Origin: Saprospiraceae bacterium
GTDB lineage: Bacteria; Bacteroidota; Bacteroidia; Chitinophagales; Saprospiraceae
Assembly: GCA_022844565.1 (NCBI GenBank)
Contig: JALHLK010000007.1
Span: forward strand, 12,050-76,049
DNA: 64,000 nt
Direction: 5' to 3'
Shown in pieces: positions 49,373 through 60,071 of the stretch (the first letter of the stretch is position 1; the number at the start of each line of letters is the position of its first letter). A program made the translations under genes and the position numbers. The notes beneath the pieces were generated by a model, which was given only the letters and a program-made list of their open reading frames with translations, was not told the origin of the DNA and ran no database searches.

Positions 49373-49837
49373 TTATAAATTATTGTAAGTAGTAACACGA
49401 GCATCACTCCAAAGTTCTTCAAGACCGTAATGTTCTCTTGATTCTGGATAAAAGACGTGGACGATTGTATCAAAATAATCTACTAAAACCCACTTACAAG
49501 AAGCGAGCCCCTCTACATGGTTAGGATGAACATTTAGTGTATCTCTAACCTTTCTTTTTATACTTTCTGAAATAGCTCTTATCTGTGTAGTAGAATCACC
49601 TTCACAAATAATAAAACAAGATGTTGGTGCATCATCTAGGTATTTTAAATCGAGCTTGATTATATTTTTACCTTTTATGTCTTGGATTGCATCGATAATT
49701 AGGTTATTTAATATCTCTGCTTGTGTTAAATTAGTTATTCTTAATTTTGATGTCAAATTTATAATCTTTAAATTAATGTCTATAAGTATTCTTGGGTAGT
49801 CTTTTATGTTTTGTGACTCAAAGATACAATTTTTCAA
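49373..49837 (-). CDS. rsfS: ribosome silencing factor RsfS
   Basis: Core ...IIKLDLKYLDDAPTSCFIICEGDSTTQIRAI...WVLVDYFDTIVHVFYPESREHYGLEELW. The ORF contains no ATG codon at all. Candidate starts are TTG at 49837 (154 aa) or TTG at 49756 (127 aa, a more typical length). Confidence 0.85.
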   Translation of the reverse strand: MKNCIFESQNIKDYPRILIDINLKIINLTSKLRITNLTQAEILNNLIIDAIQDIKGKNIIKLDLKYLDDAPTSCFIICEGDSTTQIRAISESIKRKVRDTLNVHPNHVEGLASCKWVLVDYFDTIVHVFYPESREHYGLEELWSDARVTTYNNL

Positions 49838-50007
49838 GTTTTTTTATTAATTAATTGTATTTAGCATTGTTTTGTTGTAGATTTTCATTTAAATATAGTA
49901 TAAGAAACATAAATTTACAACCTATTTCATACTCAATTTCATTCATTTTATCCTCAAGTTAGCAATACGATATCAAAACTTATTTAAAAAATCAATAAAA
50001 ATTTTAT

Positions 50008-50751
50008 ATGTCCACTTTTGGGAAAATTCATTTTCACTTCGAAACGATTACCTCCACTAATGACTATGCTATCCAACTATTATCAAAAACCTCTCCAATC
50101 GAAGGTACTGCCATTTCTGCAGATTTTCAGTCCCATGGCAAAGGTCAATTTGACAGAAAGTGGGAAGGAAACAAGCGCGAAAATATTGCAGTGACAGTTG
50201 TCCTCAAGCCACAATACTTAGCGATACAAGAGCAATATTTTCTAAATAAAGCTATTGCCCTATCTGTTTATCAAACAATATCGTCTTTTATTCCTGCAAA
50301 TGTTATCAAAATCAAATGGCCAAATGATATTTTTGTGGAAGATAAAAAAATAGCAGGAATATTGATCCAAAATATTATTCAAGGTGCAAATTTTAAATAT
50401 TCAATTGTTGGCATGGGGATCAATGTTTTACAAATGAAATGGGATACGGTAGAAAATGAACCTACTTCGATCAAATTGTATAATACTTCTATTGAAAATC
50501 CTCATGAGTTATTTCAAATTCTTTTTAATCACCTAGATTTTTATGTCAACCAAGTAAAGCAAAAGGAATATGATGTATTGGAAAGAGAATATAACGAAAA
50601 GCTTTATTTAAAAGGGGAAACGGCCATGTTTTTGGTAGACAATAAACAGATGGAAGGGATTATCAAAAGTGTAAATAGTTTTGGACAACTATGTTTAGAA
50701 ATAGAAAGTGAAATTCACTTTATTGACCATGGGACCATAAAATATCTATGA
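50008..50751 (+). CDS. birA: biotin--[acetyl-CoA-carboxylase] ligase (class I, no HTH domain)
   Basis: 247 aa. GKGQFDRKWEG (GRGRxGRxW-type motif) and KWPNDIFVEDKKIAGILI. Confidence 0.85.
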   Translation: MSTFGKIHFHFETITSTNDYAIQLLSKTSPIEGTAISADFQSHGKGQFDRKWEGNKRENIAVTVVLKPQYLAIQEQYFLNKAIALSVYQTISSFIPANVIKIKWPNDIFVEDKKIAGILIQNIIQGANFKYSIVGMGINVLQMKWDTVENEPTSIKLYNTSIENPHELFQILFNHLDFYVNQVKQKEYDVLEREYNEKLYLKGETAMFLVDNKQMEGIIKSVNSFGQLCLEIESEIHFIDHGTIKYL

Positions 50752-51057
50752 GATTCAATTTTTTTTATAATAATTACTAAAATTAGTCTAATTTTGCATA
50801 ACATCTATAGTGCTCTTTCATGATTAAGACTTAAAACTAAAATGGGAGTAATTTTTTTCAAATGTCAAGATGAAGAGCGTTAAGAAATCGTCTCAAATGA
50901 TTTTAGCTCGGAACTTTGGCCTCGTGCCACCGCTACTTCAATGATAGCTCCGCTACGATGAGAGTTTTTAACGCAGAGATTTGGAAAGAATGACATTTAA
51001 TTAAGATTTTTATCTTGACAAAGTACTAGTATTTTTTCAAAAGAATAATTCAATAAA

Positions 51058-52494
51058 ATGAAGATCAAAAACAAGCTGGTAATAAGTTTAATGGTAATAT
51101 CATTATTCCAATGTACTCCAAAAGTTGCTGAAGTAATAGAAGAAGAAAAAGATACTTTTATTTTAGTTGATACATCAAAACCGTGTAGGACCTTAGATGA
51201 CCTACCTCCACAATATAAAGAAGAGGCTGAAAATGCATTTGTCTTGTATAAAGATCAAATGAAGCAAAAGAGATGGTCAGAAGCACTAAATATCTGGAAA
51301 ATGGCTTATCAACTTGCTCCTGGCTCAAATGGCAAGGTCATGGGACATTTTGGAGATGGGGTCACCATATATAGTGAATTGTCTAAACAAACAGATCAAC
51401 TATTTCTTAAACAAAGATATCTTGATACAATTTACATGATCAATAAAAAATTTGACGAGTGTTTTAATGTGGACGCAGAACGCATGGCAAAGCGAGCATT
51501 TGATTATTATTACAATTTTGGTGATATCATTCCAGAAGAAGAACAGTGGAAGACCTTTACAAAAGCCATTGATATGAATAATGGTAAAATGTTATATTTC
51601 GTTGTCAACCCATTTACTAAAATGTTGTATGATAGAGTAACTGAAGAAAGAATATCGCTGGAAGAAGGAAGAAAATGGGCTAATCTAATATTTAAATCTA
51701 TAGAAGATGGTACTAAAAATTGTAAAGGCCAAGAGTGTGAAAGTTGGGATGTCGTAAATAGTTATGCTCCAGATAGACTAGATGCATTGGAAGCTGTAGA
51801 TGACTTTTATGATTGCATGTATTATACAAAAAAATATTACGCCCTTTATAAATTATCTCCTGATAGCTGTGATGTGATCAATAGAGCTTATGCAAGAATA
51901 CTTAGAGGCAAATGTCCAACGGATAATCCGATTTTAATGGAAATCAGAGAAGTGAGAAATCAAAAATGTGTTGCAAAAGCTATACCTGTGGCTCCTGGTC
52001 CACTCAGATTAGCATTTGATGCTTATGGTGAGGGTAGATACAAAGAGGCTATTGCACAATTTGAAAATTTCATAAGTACTTCTACCGATGATACCAATAG
52101 ATTCAAATATGCCATGCTAATTGCTAAAATATATTATGGTGATTTACGTAACTTCCCTTTGTCTCGTAGATGGGCTACTGAAGCGAAGAAATACAATAAA
52201 AGATCAGGAGAGCCTGATTTACACATTGGTAAATTATATGCATCAAGTGGTCCATTATGTGGTCCAGGGCGTGGATTTGAAAGTCAGAAAGTAACTTGGG
52301 TAGCTATTGACAGATTTGTAGCTGCCAGAAATCTCGATTCATCCGTAGCCGCAGAAGCGAATGGTTTGATAGCTCAATATTCTAAATACATGCCATCTAG
52401 TGAAGACGTATTCTCAAGGACATTGAAAAAAGGATCGTCATATGTTGTAGGTTGCTGGATCAATGAAACTACAACTATTAGGACGGCTGATTAA
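51058..52494 (+). CDS. lipoprotein of unknown function (helical/TPR-like)
   Basis: 478 aa with lipobox LFQC. No diagnostic motif recognised. Confidence 0.5.
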   Translation: MKIKNKLVISLMVISLFQCTPKVAEVIEEEKDTFILVDTSKPCRTLDDLPPQYKEEAENAFVLYKDQMKQKRWSEALNIWKMAYQLAPGSNGKVMGHFGDGVTIYSELSKQTDQLFLKQRYLDTIYMINKKFDECFNVDAERMAKRAFDYYYNFGDIIPEEEQWKTFTKAIDMNNGKMLYFVVNPFTKMLYDRVTEERISLEEGRKWANLIFKSIEDGTKNCKGQECESWDVVNSYAPDRLDALEAVDDFYDCMYYTKKYYALYKLSPDSCDVINRAYARILRGKCPTDNPILMEIREVRNQKCVAKAIPVAPGPLRLAFDAYGEGRYKEAIAQFENFISTSTDDTNRFKYAMLIAKIYYGDLRNFPLSRRWATEAKKYNKRSGEPDLHIGKLYASSGPLCGPGRGFESQKVTWVAIDRFVAARNLDSSVAAEANGLIAQYSKYMPSSEDVFSRTLKKGSSYVVGCWINETTTIRTAD

Positions 52495-52522
52495 CATTGA
52501 TGTTCGATCAAGTTAACTCAGA

Positions 52523-53473
52523 TTATTCATATGCCATCCAAATGAGTTTTGGATTTTCGCTCCAACCTGAATTTGGTTGGTCTAATCTTCGAACGGATAA
52601 TGTAACTTGTGAATTGGTTAAAGACTTAATAGTGACCGTATAATCATTATTGGTGCCAGGTAATTCATTTTGTACAATAGCCTGAAATTTAGGTATTGAA
52701 TTAAAAGCAGTTTGAAAATCTATTGTGATAAGTTTTGTCGAAATAGCGATCGGTTGATTACCGACAGATTGAATTCCATCCAAAATTTTATTGAGTGTTA
52801 TGCCATTGCCTATTTTTAAGTTAGAAACTTTCACAGCATCTTTATCCACTCTAAAAATTTCACTGCTGCTGACCAGCATGTGGGTTATAAAACCAAAATC
52901 AACTGCTTCTCCAAAAAAACTTAATCCTTCAGGATATGCAGAATTAGGTGAAAAAACCCAACCAGAAAAATTACTTAGGTGAATAGTATACTTTTGTCCT
53001 TGCGTCAAGGGAATATCTAATGCAGGAGATTTAATCGGAAGTTGAGATGTATTAACAGCTGGTACTGTCCAAGAAACTTGGGCCAAGACATTTCCATTTA
53101 TGCCCTCTCCTTCATATATAGTTAGTATTTTCTGCGAAGAGGTTATTAAATTTAGAAAAAAGCAGGAGACATTTTTTAAGATCCCAGTAGAACCGGATGT
53201 GAAGGATTGCCAAGCGGGGGTACTTACAGCAGTAGCCACACTATTAGCTGTTTTCAGACTTTGATCTTCAATATCTACGAAACTTAGTACCTTGATAGCT
53301 GCACCTCCTTGGCTACCTTGCTCAATCACAAGACTATCTGCTTTTATACCCCCATTTACATCAAATGTAGTACTAGGATTAGATTTGCCAATACCAACGT
53401 TTTGACCATTAATCTTTACTACACAAAGAAAAAGTACAAAATAACAACAGAAATATTTTGGTCCTAAGATCAT
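52523..53473 (-). CDS. exported protein with a C-terminal H-type-lectin-like domain
   Basis: The C-terminus ITIDFQTAFNSIPKFQAIV...YTVTIKSLTNSQVTLSVRRLDQPNSGWSENPKLIWMAYE resembles the H_lectin pattern. This is tentative. Confidence 0.45.
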   Translation of the reverse strand: MILGPKYFCCYFVLFLCVVKINGQNVGIGKSNPSTTFDVNGGIKADSLVIEQGSQGGAAIKVLSFVDIEDQSLKTANSVATAVSTPAWQSFTSGSTGILKNVSCFFLNLITSSQKILTIYEGEGINGNVLAQVSWTVPAVNTSQLPIKSPALDIPLTQGQKYTIHLSNFSGWVFSPNSAYPEGLSFFGEAVDFGFITHMLVSSSEIFRVDKDAVKVSNLKIGNGITLNKILDGIQSVGNQPIAISTKLITIDFQTAFNSIPKFQAIVQNELPGTNNDYTVTIKSLTNSQVTLSVRRLDQPNSGWSENPKLIWMAYE

Positions 53474-53617
53474 TGATTATGGTATTAAATCATTCAAAAG
53501 TATGCCAAATATACGAATTTAAGAAGCATATTGTTGCAAATCTATTTTCTAATTTACTCTACTTTAATGGTTTACCCTTGTTTGTAAGTGTTTTCATGGG
53601 TATAGATATTCCTTCAT

Positions 53618-54319
53618 TCACTCAATCGCTTTAGTCAATTTCAGGATGTAATCTTGTATGTACTGATCTTTTTGCTTGAGTTTATACTGCATAATGTACC
53701 TAGGATGTTCCAAAGGGATAAGTTGGTCAAAGAGCTTTTCCTTCTTATTTAGGTCATTGAGAAATTTGTAATTCTTACCAGTTCCAAGGCAGTATGCTAT
53801 GTCTGTATGTAATCCAAAAGATATTTGCGTTTTTAAATGTTTTGTTATGTGAGGTGCTATAATATCTTGGAGGGGCTTCTCGTCATAATAATTATAGTTT
53901 ACTTCTTTGCCGAGATCATTTGTTTTTGTAAAACCAAGAGGGAATGCTGAAGTAATGTAAAAGAATTTATAAAAATCTAGTGGATTAGAGAATATGTTGA
54001 TCATGTCATATATAAATACGGATGATGGTTCGTGGGTAGTTTTTTCGCCTGCATTGATTTGACAATATTTTTCTAATCTTTTGGTATCGGTAAAAGGGAT
54101 ACCTGTAGCTCCTGCTCCTAATCGACCTGGATTAATGCCTATGATGGTCCACCTTTTTGTATTGTCACCATAATATTTATCATAAAAAAGTCGATTGATT
54201 TGCCTTATTTCCTCAGAATCTCTGTATGGATTCATGATACTTATTTGATTTGGAATTTTTAAATTGGTAAAATCCAATTCTTCCATATACTTTAATATTT
54301 TATCAGCCCAGGTGTTCAA
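53618..54319 (-). CDS. uracil-DNA glycosylase superfamily protein (SMUG2/DUF4918-like)
   Basis: Motif 1-like GINPGRLGAGATGIPFTD and motif 2-like LEHPRYIM. Confidence 0.6.
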   Translation of the reverse strand: MNTWADKILKYMEELDFTNLKIPNQISIMNPYRDSEEIRQINRLFYDKYYGDNTKRWTIIGINPGRLGAGATGIPFTDTKRLEKYCQINAGEKTTHEPSSVFIYDMINIFSNPLDFYKFFYITSAFPLGFTKTNDLGKEVNYNYYDEKPLQDIIAPHITKHLKTQISFGLHTDIAYCLGTGKNYKFLNDLNKKEKLFDQLIPLEHPRYIMQYKLKQKDQYIQDYILKLTKAIE

Positions 54320-54322
54320 ATA

Positions 54323-55138
54323 TTACAATTCAATTTTATGCGCTTGTAATACCTCTCTATTGGATTGAGCGCTTACAGCAATAACTATCGTAAGATTATC
54401 TAAATTATATATAGGAGGAACTGTGTAGGAAAATGTTTTATTAATCAAATCTCCTTTTTGTAAATTTTGACCTAATACATCACCATCCCAAGCGGTCATC
54501 ATGTGTCTTAGTACATAATCATGGACGTAATCCTTAATGACCGTACCCACAGATTCTTGTGGATCAATGATTCCACTTTCTGTTACATAGACACTTACTT
54601 TATAAGCTCCCGAAAGTATTTCAGAGGCTTGAACACCTATATTTAGGTCTAATTTCCTAGTTAATCTATTTAAAGAGTGGTCTGAGACGATACTGACTTT
54701 CGGTTTTTTTGAAATCTCATCAGTGATATAGGCAGGCCATAAATCAGGGAAGTCTGCAGCTAAGTTAGGCTCATCAGGAAATTTAATCCTATTGATCATT
54801 GAAGCTGGCTTACCGATAAAAGGTCTATAAGACTCTTCTAATTGTCTGGAAAAATCATTCCTGAAGTCAAACTTACTGGTAGAGAGTGGCTCCGTAAGGA
54901 ATCTGCCATGTATGCCGACTATGACCATATTTTTTGGAAATTTATCTTTGACACCTTTTAAAATAGTGGACCCTTTCGGGCAATTAGGACATTTTACACC
55001 TGTGAGATACTCGACCAATACGACTCTTTCGGTTGACGCTACTTGAAACTCTGGGATAGTAACAGGCGTCTCTTGGCAACCTAACAAAAGTGCAATAATA
55101 GATAGCAAAATAATATGAAACGAACCTTTCTTAATCAT
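54323..55138 (-). CDS. Omp28-related lipoprotein (thioredoxin-like fold)
   Basis: Lipobox LLGC. VLVEYLTGVKCPNCPKG is typical of Omp28-related proteins. Confidence 0.6.
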   Translation of the reverse strand: MIKKGSFHIILLSIIALLLGCQETPVTIPEFQVASTERVVLVEYLTGVKCPNCPKGSTILKGVKDKFPKNMVIVGIHGRFLTEPLSTSKFDFRNDFSRQLEESYRPFIGKPASMINRIKFPDEPNLAADFPDLWPAYITDEISKKPKVSIVSDHSLNRLTRKLDLNIGVQASEILSGAYKVSVYVTESGIIDPQESVGTVIKDYVHDYVLRHMMTAWDGDVLGQNLQKGDLINKTFSYTVPPIYNLDNLTIVIAVSAQSNREVLQAHKIEL

Positions 55139-55141
55139 GCT

Positions 55142-56827
55142 TTAAAACTGTGAATTTAAAGAAAAACGAATACCACTAAAAGCTGGCTCTAATCTACAAA
55201 TACCCCCACTACATACGATACCCTCTACCTGCTTAACATAACGTAATTGAAGGCGATTTTGTCCTGCAATGTGGGTAACTCCAAATGATGGATAAGCAAT
55301 TTTTTCGGGCTCGGTAGCACCGATCAATGTCCGCTTAGGTACGGTATTATACATAACAGAAGCTTCAAAAAACCATTGAGGAGCAATTGTGTATTCAGCC
55401 AAAGAATGGATCCAACTACCAAAATCTTGTTGTGTAAACATATATTGAGTTTCGAATCTGATAGATTTTTTTCTATTTATTTTATACAATATATCCGTAA
55501 AAGGCACATAAGTATTGACTATTGGAACGCCTGGTTTCTCTTCGTAGATTTCTTGATTGTATTGCACATGTTGGAATCCACCTGTGATATTCCAAGCAGT
55601 ATTAGGTTTGTAATTGAAGTCTCCATAGATTTCGCGGTAGAGTTTTTGCCCTTCTTTTGTGTTCATCCATGACAAATTAATATTATGATTGAGCTTTTTA
55701 GACCATCGATGTTTGTAGTCTAATTGGAAGGCAAGTTCTGATATTTCTTGGGTAAAAGGAGAATATCTTGCGGTCAAGCGATAGGTATTTTGTCGGTTCA
55801 TTGGTGGTAAATAGGTGATATATCCTCTTAATAGTCTTTGAGTTGGGTCTGTTCTGAAAACAAAATTTTCTGTACGCTTAGCTTCTAAAGTTAAACCCAC
55901 AACATCACCTGCGTAGCCAATGGTAGTGTATAGTACAGATCCACTTGCATTTTGAAATTTACCTCTTGTGGTGGCTCCACTAGCTTCTGATTTTTGAGCA
56001 AAATTATTGAAATAAATGTCGTCTTTCTTCAAAGAGCCCTCTAAATACCATGAAATATTTTTGTAAGTTAAGGTATTATAGGCTGTAAATGCATAACTAT
56101 TAAATACGGGGCCAAATCGATCTACGGGTAAGTAAGATGACAATGCCCTTACCACTTTATCCATAATCTCATCAGATAAAGTTTTATTTACAAACCCAAG
56201 TCCTGGTGCCAAAGTAAGTGGCGATTCTTCTCCTTTTGATAAGAAATAATCGACATTGATACCTTTGATACTTCCACTGTATATGTCAAATGCATTTTTT
56301 TGTTGACCACCAAGCGCTTTAATGGTTAAGTTGTCAAATAATTGGAATTTTAAGCTCACTCCTAATAAAGCATTATCAATAAATAAAGGTCTAGATTCGT
56401 AAGCTCTATAGATGATGCCACTACCTATTTGATCATATAAATATCCTACATTGACGTCTATTTTATCAAATTTTTTACTAATATACCATCTACCTATTCC
56501 ATTTTGGGTGAATGAGTTGTTTGGATCTGGTATATTGGAGTTTAGGAAGAAGTCATAACGTATACCCGCACTCAATGACCCATAATCATATCTCAAATTC
56601 AACCAAGATTCCCCTCCAAAAAATTGTTTTTCATATTGGGGTATGTTAAAGGCATTAATAGAGCTATCTTTCAAAAATACATTGGCATTGAGATCCAAAC
56701 TACCAGAGAGAATACCCTTTGGTTCAGAAGTAGATTGAGCTAAACTTTCTAAGCAAATCACTATTAGTATTAAGCTGCAGAATATTTTTAAAGATGTATA
56801 TTTCAAGACGATATAAAATTTAGTCAC
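55142..56827 (-). CDS. outer-membrane beta-barrel protein (DUF6029-like)
   Basis: 561 aa with a signal peptide, alternating beta-strand pattern and a C-terminal ...RFSLNSQF (terminal Phe). Confidence 0.55.
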   Translation of the reverse strand: MTKFYIVLKYTSLKIFCSLILIVICLESLAQSTSEPKGILSGSLDLNANVFLKDSSINAFNIPQYEKQFFGGESWLNLRYDYGSLSAGIRYDFFLNSNIPDPNNSFTQNGIGRWYISKKFDKIDVNVGYLYDQIGSGIIYRAYESRPLFIDNALLGVSLKFQLFDNLTIKALGGQQKNAFDIYSGSIKGINVDYFLSKGEESPLTLAPGLGFVNKTLSDEIMDKVVRALSSYLPVDRFGPVFNSYAFTAYNTLTYKNISWYLEGSLKKDDIYFNNFAQKSEASGATTRGKFQNASGSVLYTTIGYAGDVVGLTLEAKRTENFVFRTDPTQRLLRGYITYLPPMNRQNTYRLTARYSPFTQEISELAFQLDYKHRWSKKLNHNINLSWMNTKEGQKLYREIYGDFNYKPNTAWNITGGFQHVQYNQEIYEEKPGVPIVNTYVPFTDILYKINRKKSIRFETQYMFTQQDFGSWIHSLAEYTIAPQWFFEASVMYNTVPKRTLIGATEPEKIAYPSFGVTHIAGQNRLQLRYVKQVEGIVCSGGICRLEPAFSGIRFSLNSQF

Positions 56828-57037
56828 AAATGTAGGTCTGATATATCATAAATTTATAACAAATTTGATCAAAATTGATACTTTTGTAAACACATAATCG
56901 TTTTATTTGTGATTTGTAATAATTTAGGACTATAACAATTCAATCAAAAAATATCCTTAATATTATGATTTGAACACATATTCATAAATAGTTACAGTGA
57001 TTTTAAACAAAACGATACTTTAAATTTTAATAATAAA

Positions 57038-57526
57038 ATGAGAAAAAGTTTGATGTCTTTAGGAATGGTAGTTTTACTTTCTGCCATAGCATTTGCACAA
57101 GATGGTAAAAAATTTCCTGATGTACAGTTAAAAACGATGGATGGCAAAACCGTAAATACTGCCGATATCATAGGTAAAAATAAGTATACGTTTGTATCTT
57201 TTTGGGCTACATGGTGCGGACCTTGTAAGAGGGAAATGGATGCCATTTCTGAAGTCTACACAAGCTGGAAAAATGACTATGGTCTTGAAGTGATAGCTAT
57301 CTCTATAGATGATGTGAGAGGTGCAGCTAAAATCCCTGCATTGGTAAAACAAAAAGCTTGGGAATACACCATTTTGATAGATGGAAATGCTAGTTTACAA
57401 CAGATTTTAAATTTTAGTAGTATACCACAATCTTATTTGTTGGATCAGAATGGTAATATTATTTATGCACATTCAGGATATAGCCCAGGTGATGAATTTC
57501 AGATAGAGGATAAGATCAAGAAATAG
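57038..57526 (+). CDS. TlpA-family thiol:disulfide oxidoreductase
   Basis: Signal peptide plus the WATWCGPC active site. Confidence 0.85.
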   Translation: MRKSLMSLGMVVLLSAIAFAQDGKKFPDVQLKTMDGKTVNTADIIGKNKYTFVSFWATWCGPCKREMDAISEVYTSWKNDYGLEVIAISIDDVRGAAKIPALVKQKAWEYTILIDGNASLQQILNFSSIPQSYLLDQNGNIIYAHSGYSPGDEFQIEDKIKK

Positions 57527-57646
57527 AAAATCTCTATATACCTTTGATAAGTTTTGCTATTATTAATTGATATGGAAATATATAGTTTCTGCCTTTCCTA
57601 TCTAAAATATTTTATACCTTCGCTTAAATAATACAATCTTAGAATT

Positions 57647-58660
57647 ATGGACACACTTGCTAAAGCAGTAGAAAAGTTAGATCGTAAAGGATATCTTGAC
57701 ATCGATATAGATCCTAATATGGACTTAGTGGCAGAGATCAATAAGCTCAAAAAGGAAAAAAATGCCATCATACTTGCGCATTATTATCAAGAGTCAGAGA
57801 TCCAAGATATAGCTGATTATATAGGTGACAGTTTAGGATTGGCACAAATGGCCGAAGCTACAGATGCTGATATGATTGTTTTTGCAGGTGTACATTTTAT
57901 GGCAGAAACAGCAAAAATGCTAAATCCACGAAAGAAAGTGGTCTTACCAGATTTGAAAGCAGGGTGCTCTTTGTCTGACTCATGTCCCGCTCCTTTGTTT
58001 AAGCAATTTAAAGAGCAATATCCGGATCATGTGGTGGTGTCTTATATCAATTGTACCGCTGCACTTAAGACTGTGACAGATATCTGCTGTACTTCCTCTA
58101 ATGCAGAAGTCATCATCAACAGCATACCCAAAGAAAAAGGGATCATCTTCGCTCCTGATAAAAATCTCGGAGCATACCTTCAGAAAAAAACGGGTCGAGA
58201 CAATATGATTTTGTGGAATGGTGCATGTATGGTCCATGAAATCTTCTCTCATGAAAAGATTACTAAACTCATGGTCGAACACCCCGATGCCAAGTTCATC
58301 GCTCACCCTGAGTGCGAAGCCCATATATTGGATAAAGCTGATTTTATTGGTTCTACAAGCCAATTATTGAAATATACCAAAGACAATGAAGCTCAAAAAT
58401 TTATTGTAGCTACAGAATCTGGGATACTACATCAGATGGAGTTAGCTTCTCCATCAAAAGTATTCATTCCTGCACCACCTAACAATACGTGTGCGTGTAA
58501 TGATTGTCCACACATGAAGCGCAATACAATGGAAAAATTGTACCTCTGTATGAAATACGAGCAACCCGAAGTGATCTTGGATCAAAATGTGATTGACCAA
58601 GGAAGGGTTTGTATCGATAGGATGATGGAGATCAGTAAGGCAGCGGGGTTTAAGGCGTAG
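57647..58660 (+). CDS. nadA: quinolinate synthase
   Basis: 337 aa. ILAHYYQ, GDSLGL, FAGVHFMAETAK and the Cys ligands; C-terminal ...CACNDCPHMK. Confidence 0.95.
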   Translation: MDTLAKAVEKLDRKGYLDIDIDPNMDLVAEINKLKKEKNAIILAHYYQESEIQDIADYIGDSLGLAQMAEATDADMIVFAGVHFMAETAKMLNPRKKVVLPDLKAGCSLSDSCPAPLFKQFKEQYPDHVVVSYINCTAALKTVTDICCTSSNAEVIINSIPKEKGIIFAPDKNLGAYLQKKTGRDNMILWNGACMVHEIFSHEKITKLMVEHPDAKFIAHPECEAHILDKADFIGSTSQLLKYTKDNEAQKFIVATESGILHQMELASPSKVFIPAPPNNTCACNDCPHMKRNTMEKLYLCMKYEQPEVILDQNVIDQGRVCIDRMMEISKAAGFKA

Positions 58661-58743
58661 AAATCAACTTTATTGTATTCCAATTAAATTATTGCTTTTG
58701 ATTTATTATTTTTGATATTTGTTAATCTCTAACCTATATTAAA

Positions 58744-59208
58744 ATGGAAGAAAATACAAATCTTTATTCTGACAACACTAATCAATTGCAAGTAGAAGAA
58801 AACGCCAAGTCTTATTTAGTTGAAACCGCTAAATGGGCAAAGTTCCTTTCAATTGTTGGATTTATTGGAATTGGTCTAATGATCATTATGGGTATATTCA
58901 TGGGGGCATTTATTTTTAAATATGCAGGTGCAATATTGATCCCAGGATTAAGTCTAGGCACATTAAGTTTTGTTTCCTTCATTTATATAGTGATCGCACT
59001 ATTATACATTTACCCCATATTAAAGCTTTACCAATTTGCAGATTTGTCAAAGAAAGCTTTAACCACTAATGATTCCGCTATTTTGACCAAGGCTTTAGAA
59101 GCTCAAAAATCCATGTTTAAGTTTATGGGTATATGGGTCGTAGTAGTGCTTTTTATTTACGTTATCATAGTTGTTGTTGCTTTAATAGGTATTGTGTTAA
59201 ATTATTAA
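58744..59208 (+). CDS. small integral membrane protein (DUF5362-like)
   Basis: 154 aa with three or four TM helices. The family name is recalled, not verified. Confidence 0.5.
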   Translation: MEENTNLYSDNTNQLQVEENAKSYLVETAKWAKFLSIVGFIGIGLMIIMGIFMGAFIFKYAGAILIPGLSLGTLSFVSFIYIVIALLYIYPILKLYQFADLSKKALTTNDSAILTKALEAQKSMFKFMGIWVVVVLFIYVIIVVVALIGIVLNY

Positions 59209-59382
59209 TGATTTTTTTGATTTGAAGAGATCGATAAACCAATCGATTATTAAAGATACCTTTTGCTTTAAATCTTTTCCAATTATCTTTTTTACACTGT
59301 AGTCTATCCACAATAATGGAGAAAACAGAAAAATTGACACCCATTCCGATTTGACTGCTCCGTACTTCTATATTTTAGATGT

Positions 59383-59757
59383 GATGCCAAGTTCATCGCT
59401 CACCCTGAGTGCGAAGCCCATATATTGGATAAAGCTGATTTTATTGGTTCTACAAGCCAATTATTGAAATATACCAAAGACAACGAAGCTCAGAAATTCA
59501 TTGTAGCTACCGAGTCAGGTATTCTTCACCAAATGGAGTTAGCTTCTCCATCAAAAGTATTCATTCCTGCACCACCTAACAATACGTGTGCGTGTAATGA
59601 TTGTCCACACATGAAGCGCAATACAATGGAAAAATTGTACCTCTGTATGAAATACGAGCAACCCGAAGTGATCTTGGATCAAGATGTGATTGACCAAGGA
59701 AGGGTTTGTATCGATAGGATGATGGAAATAAGTAAGGCTGCGGGGTTTAAGGCATAG
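59383..59757 (+). pseudogene. orphan duplicate of the last 124 codons of nadA
   Basis: Colinear with 58286..58660 at a constant offset of 1097 nt with no indels. There are 16 substitutions. No ATG or GTG lies upstream in frame. Confidence 0.85.
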
Positions 59758-60071
59758 GCAGAATCTTTAGATAATCTTCATCTCACGCACCCGAAAATGC
59801 CTCTTTAATAGTGCCACATACTATGGGTAATACCGTATCACAATTTTGGGAAAGGTGATTTTTGATTAAAGAATTGATTATAGTTTTAGGAAACTAAATG
59901 ATGACCATATTTGACATAAAAAAATGGCGTCATCTTTCTTTTATAAATTAATTTCTTGATAATGTGGACTTACTGTACAATTTAATTTTTATATAATTTT
60001 TGGTAAGAATCCAAATCCTTAAAATATAATATAGATCATCACGCTAGATGATATTCATCACCTTTGCTCTG

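Noticed and set aside
50870-50890. 13-mer AGCGTTAAGAAATC shared between the birA downstream spacer and the ~300-bp repeat (reverse orientation), plus vague similarity of hairpins at 1640, 6270 and 50930
   Set aside because: The matches are short in AT-rich DNA, and I cannot establish by eye that they exceed chance. A computed alignment is needed before calling a family.
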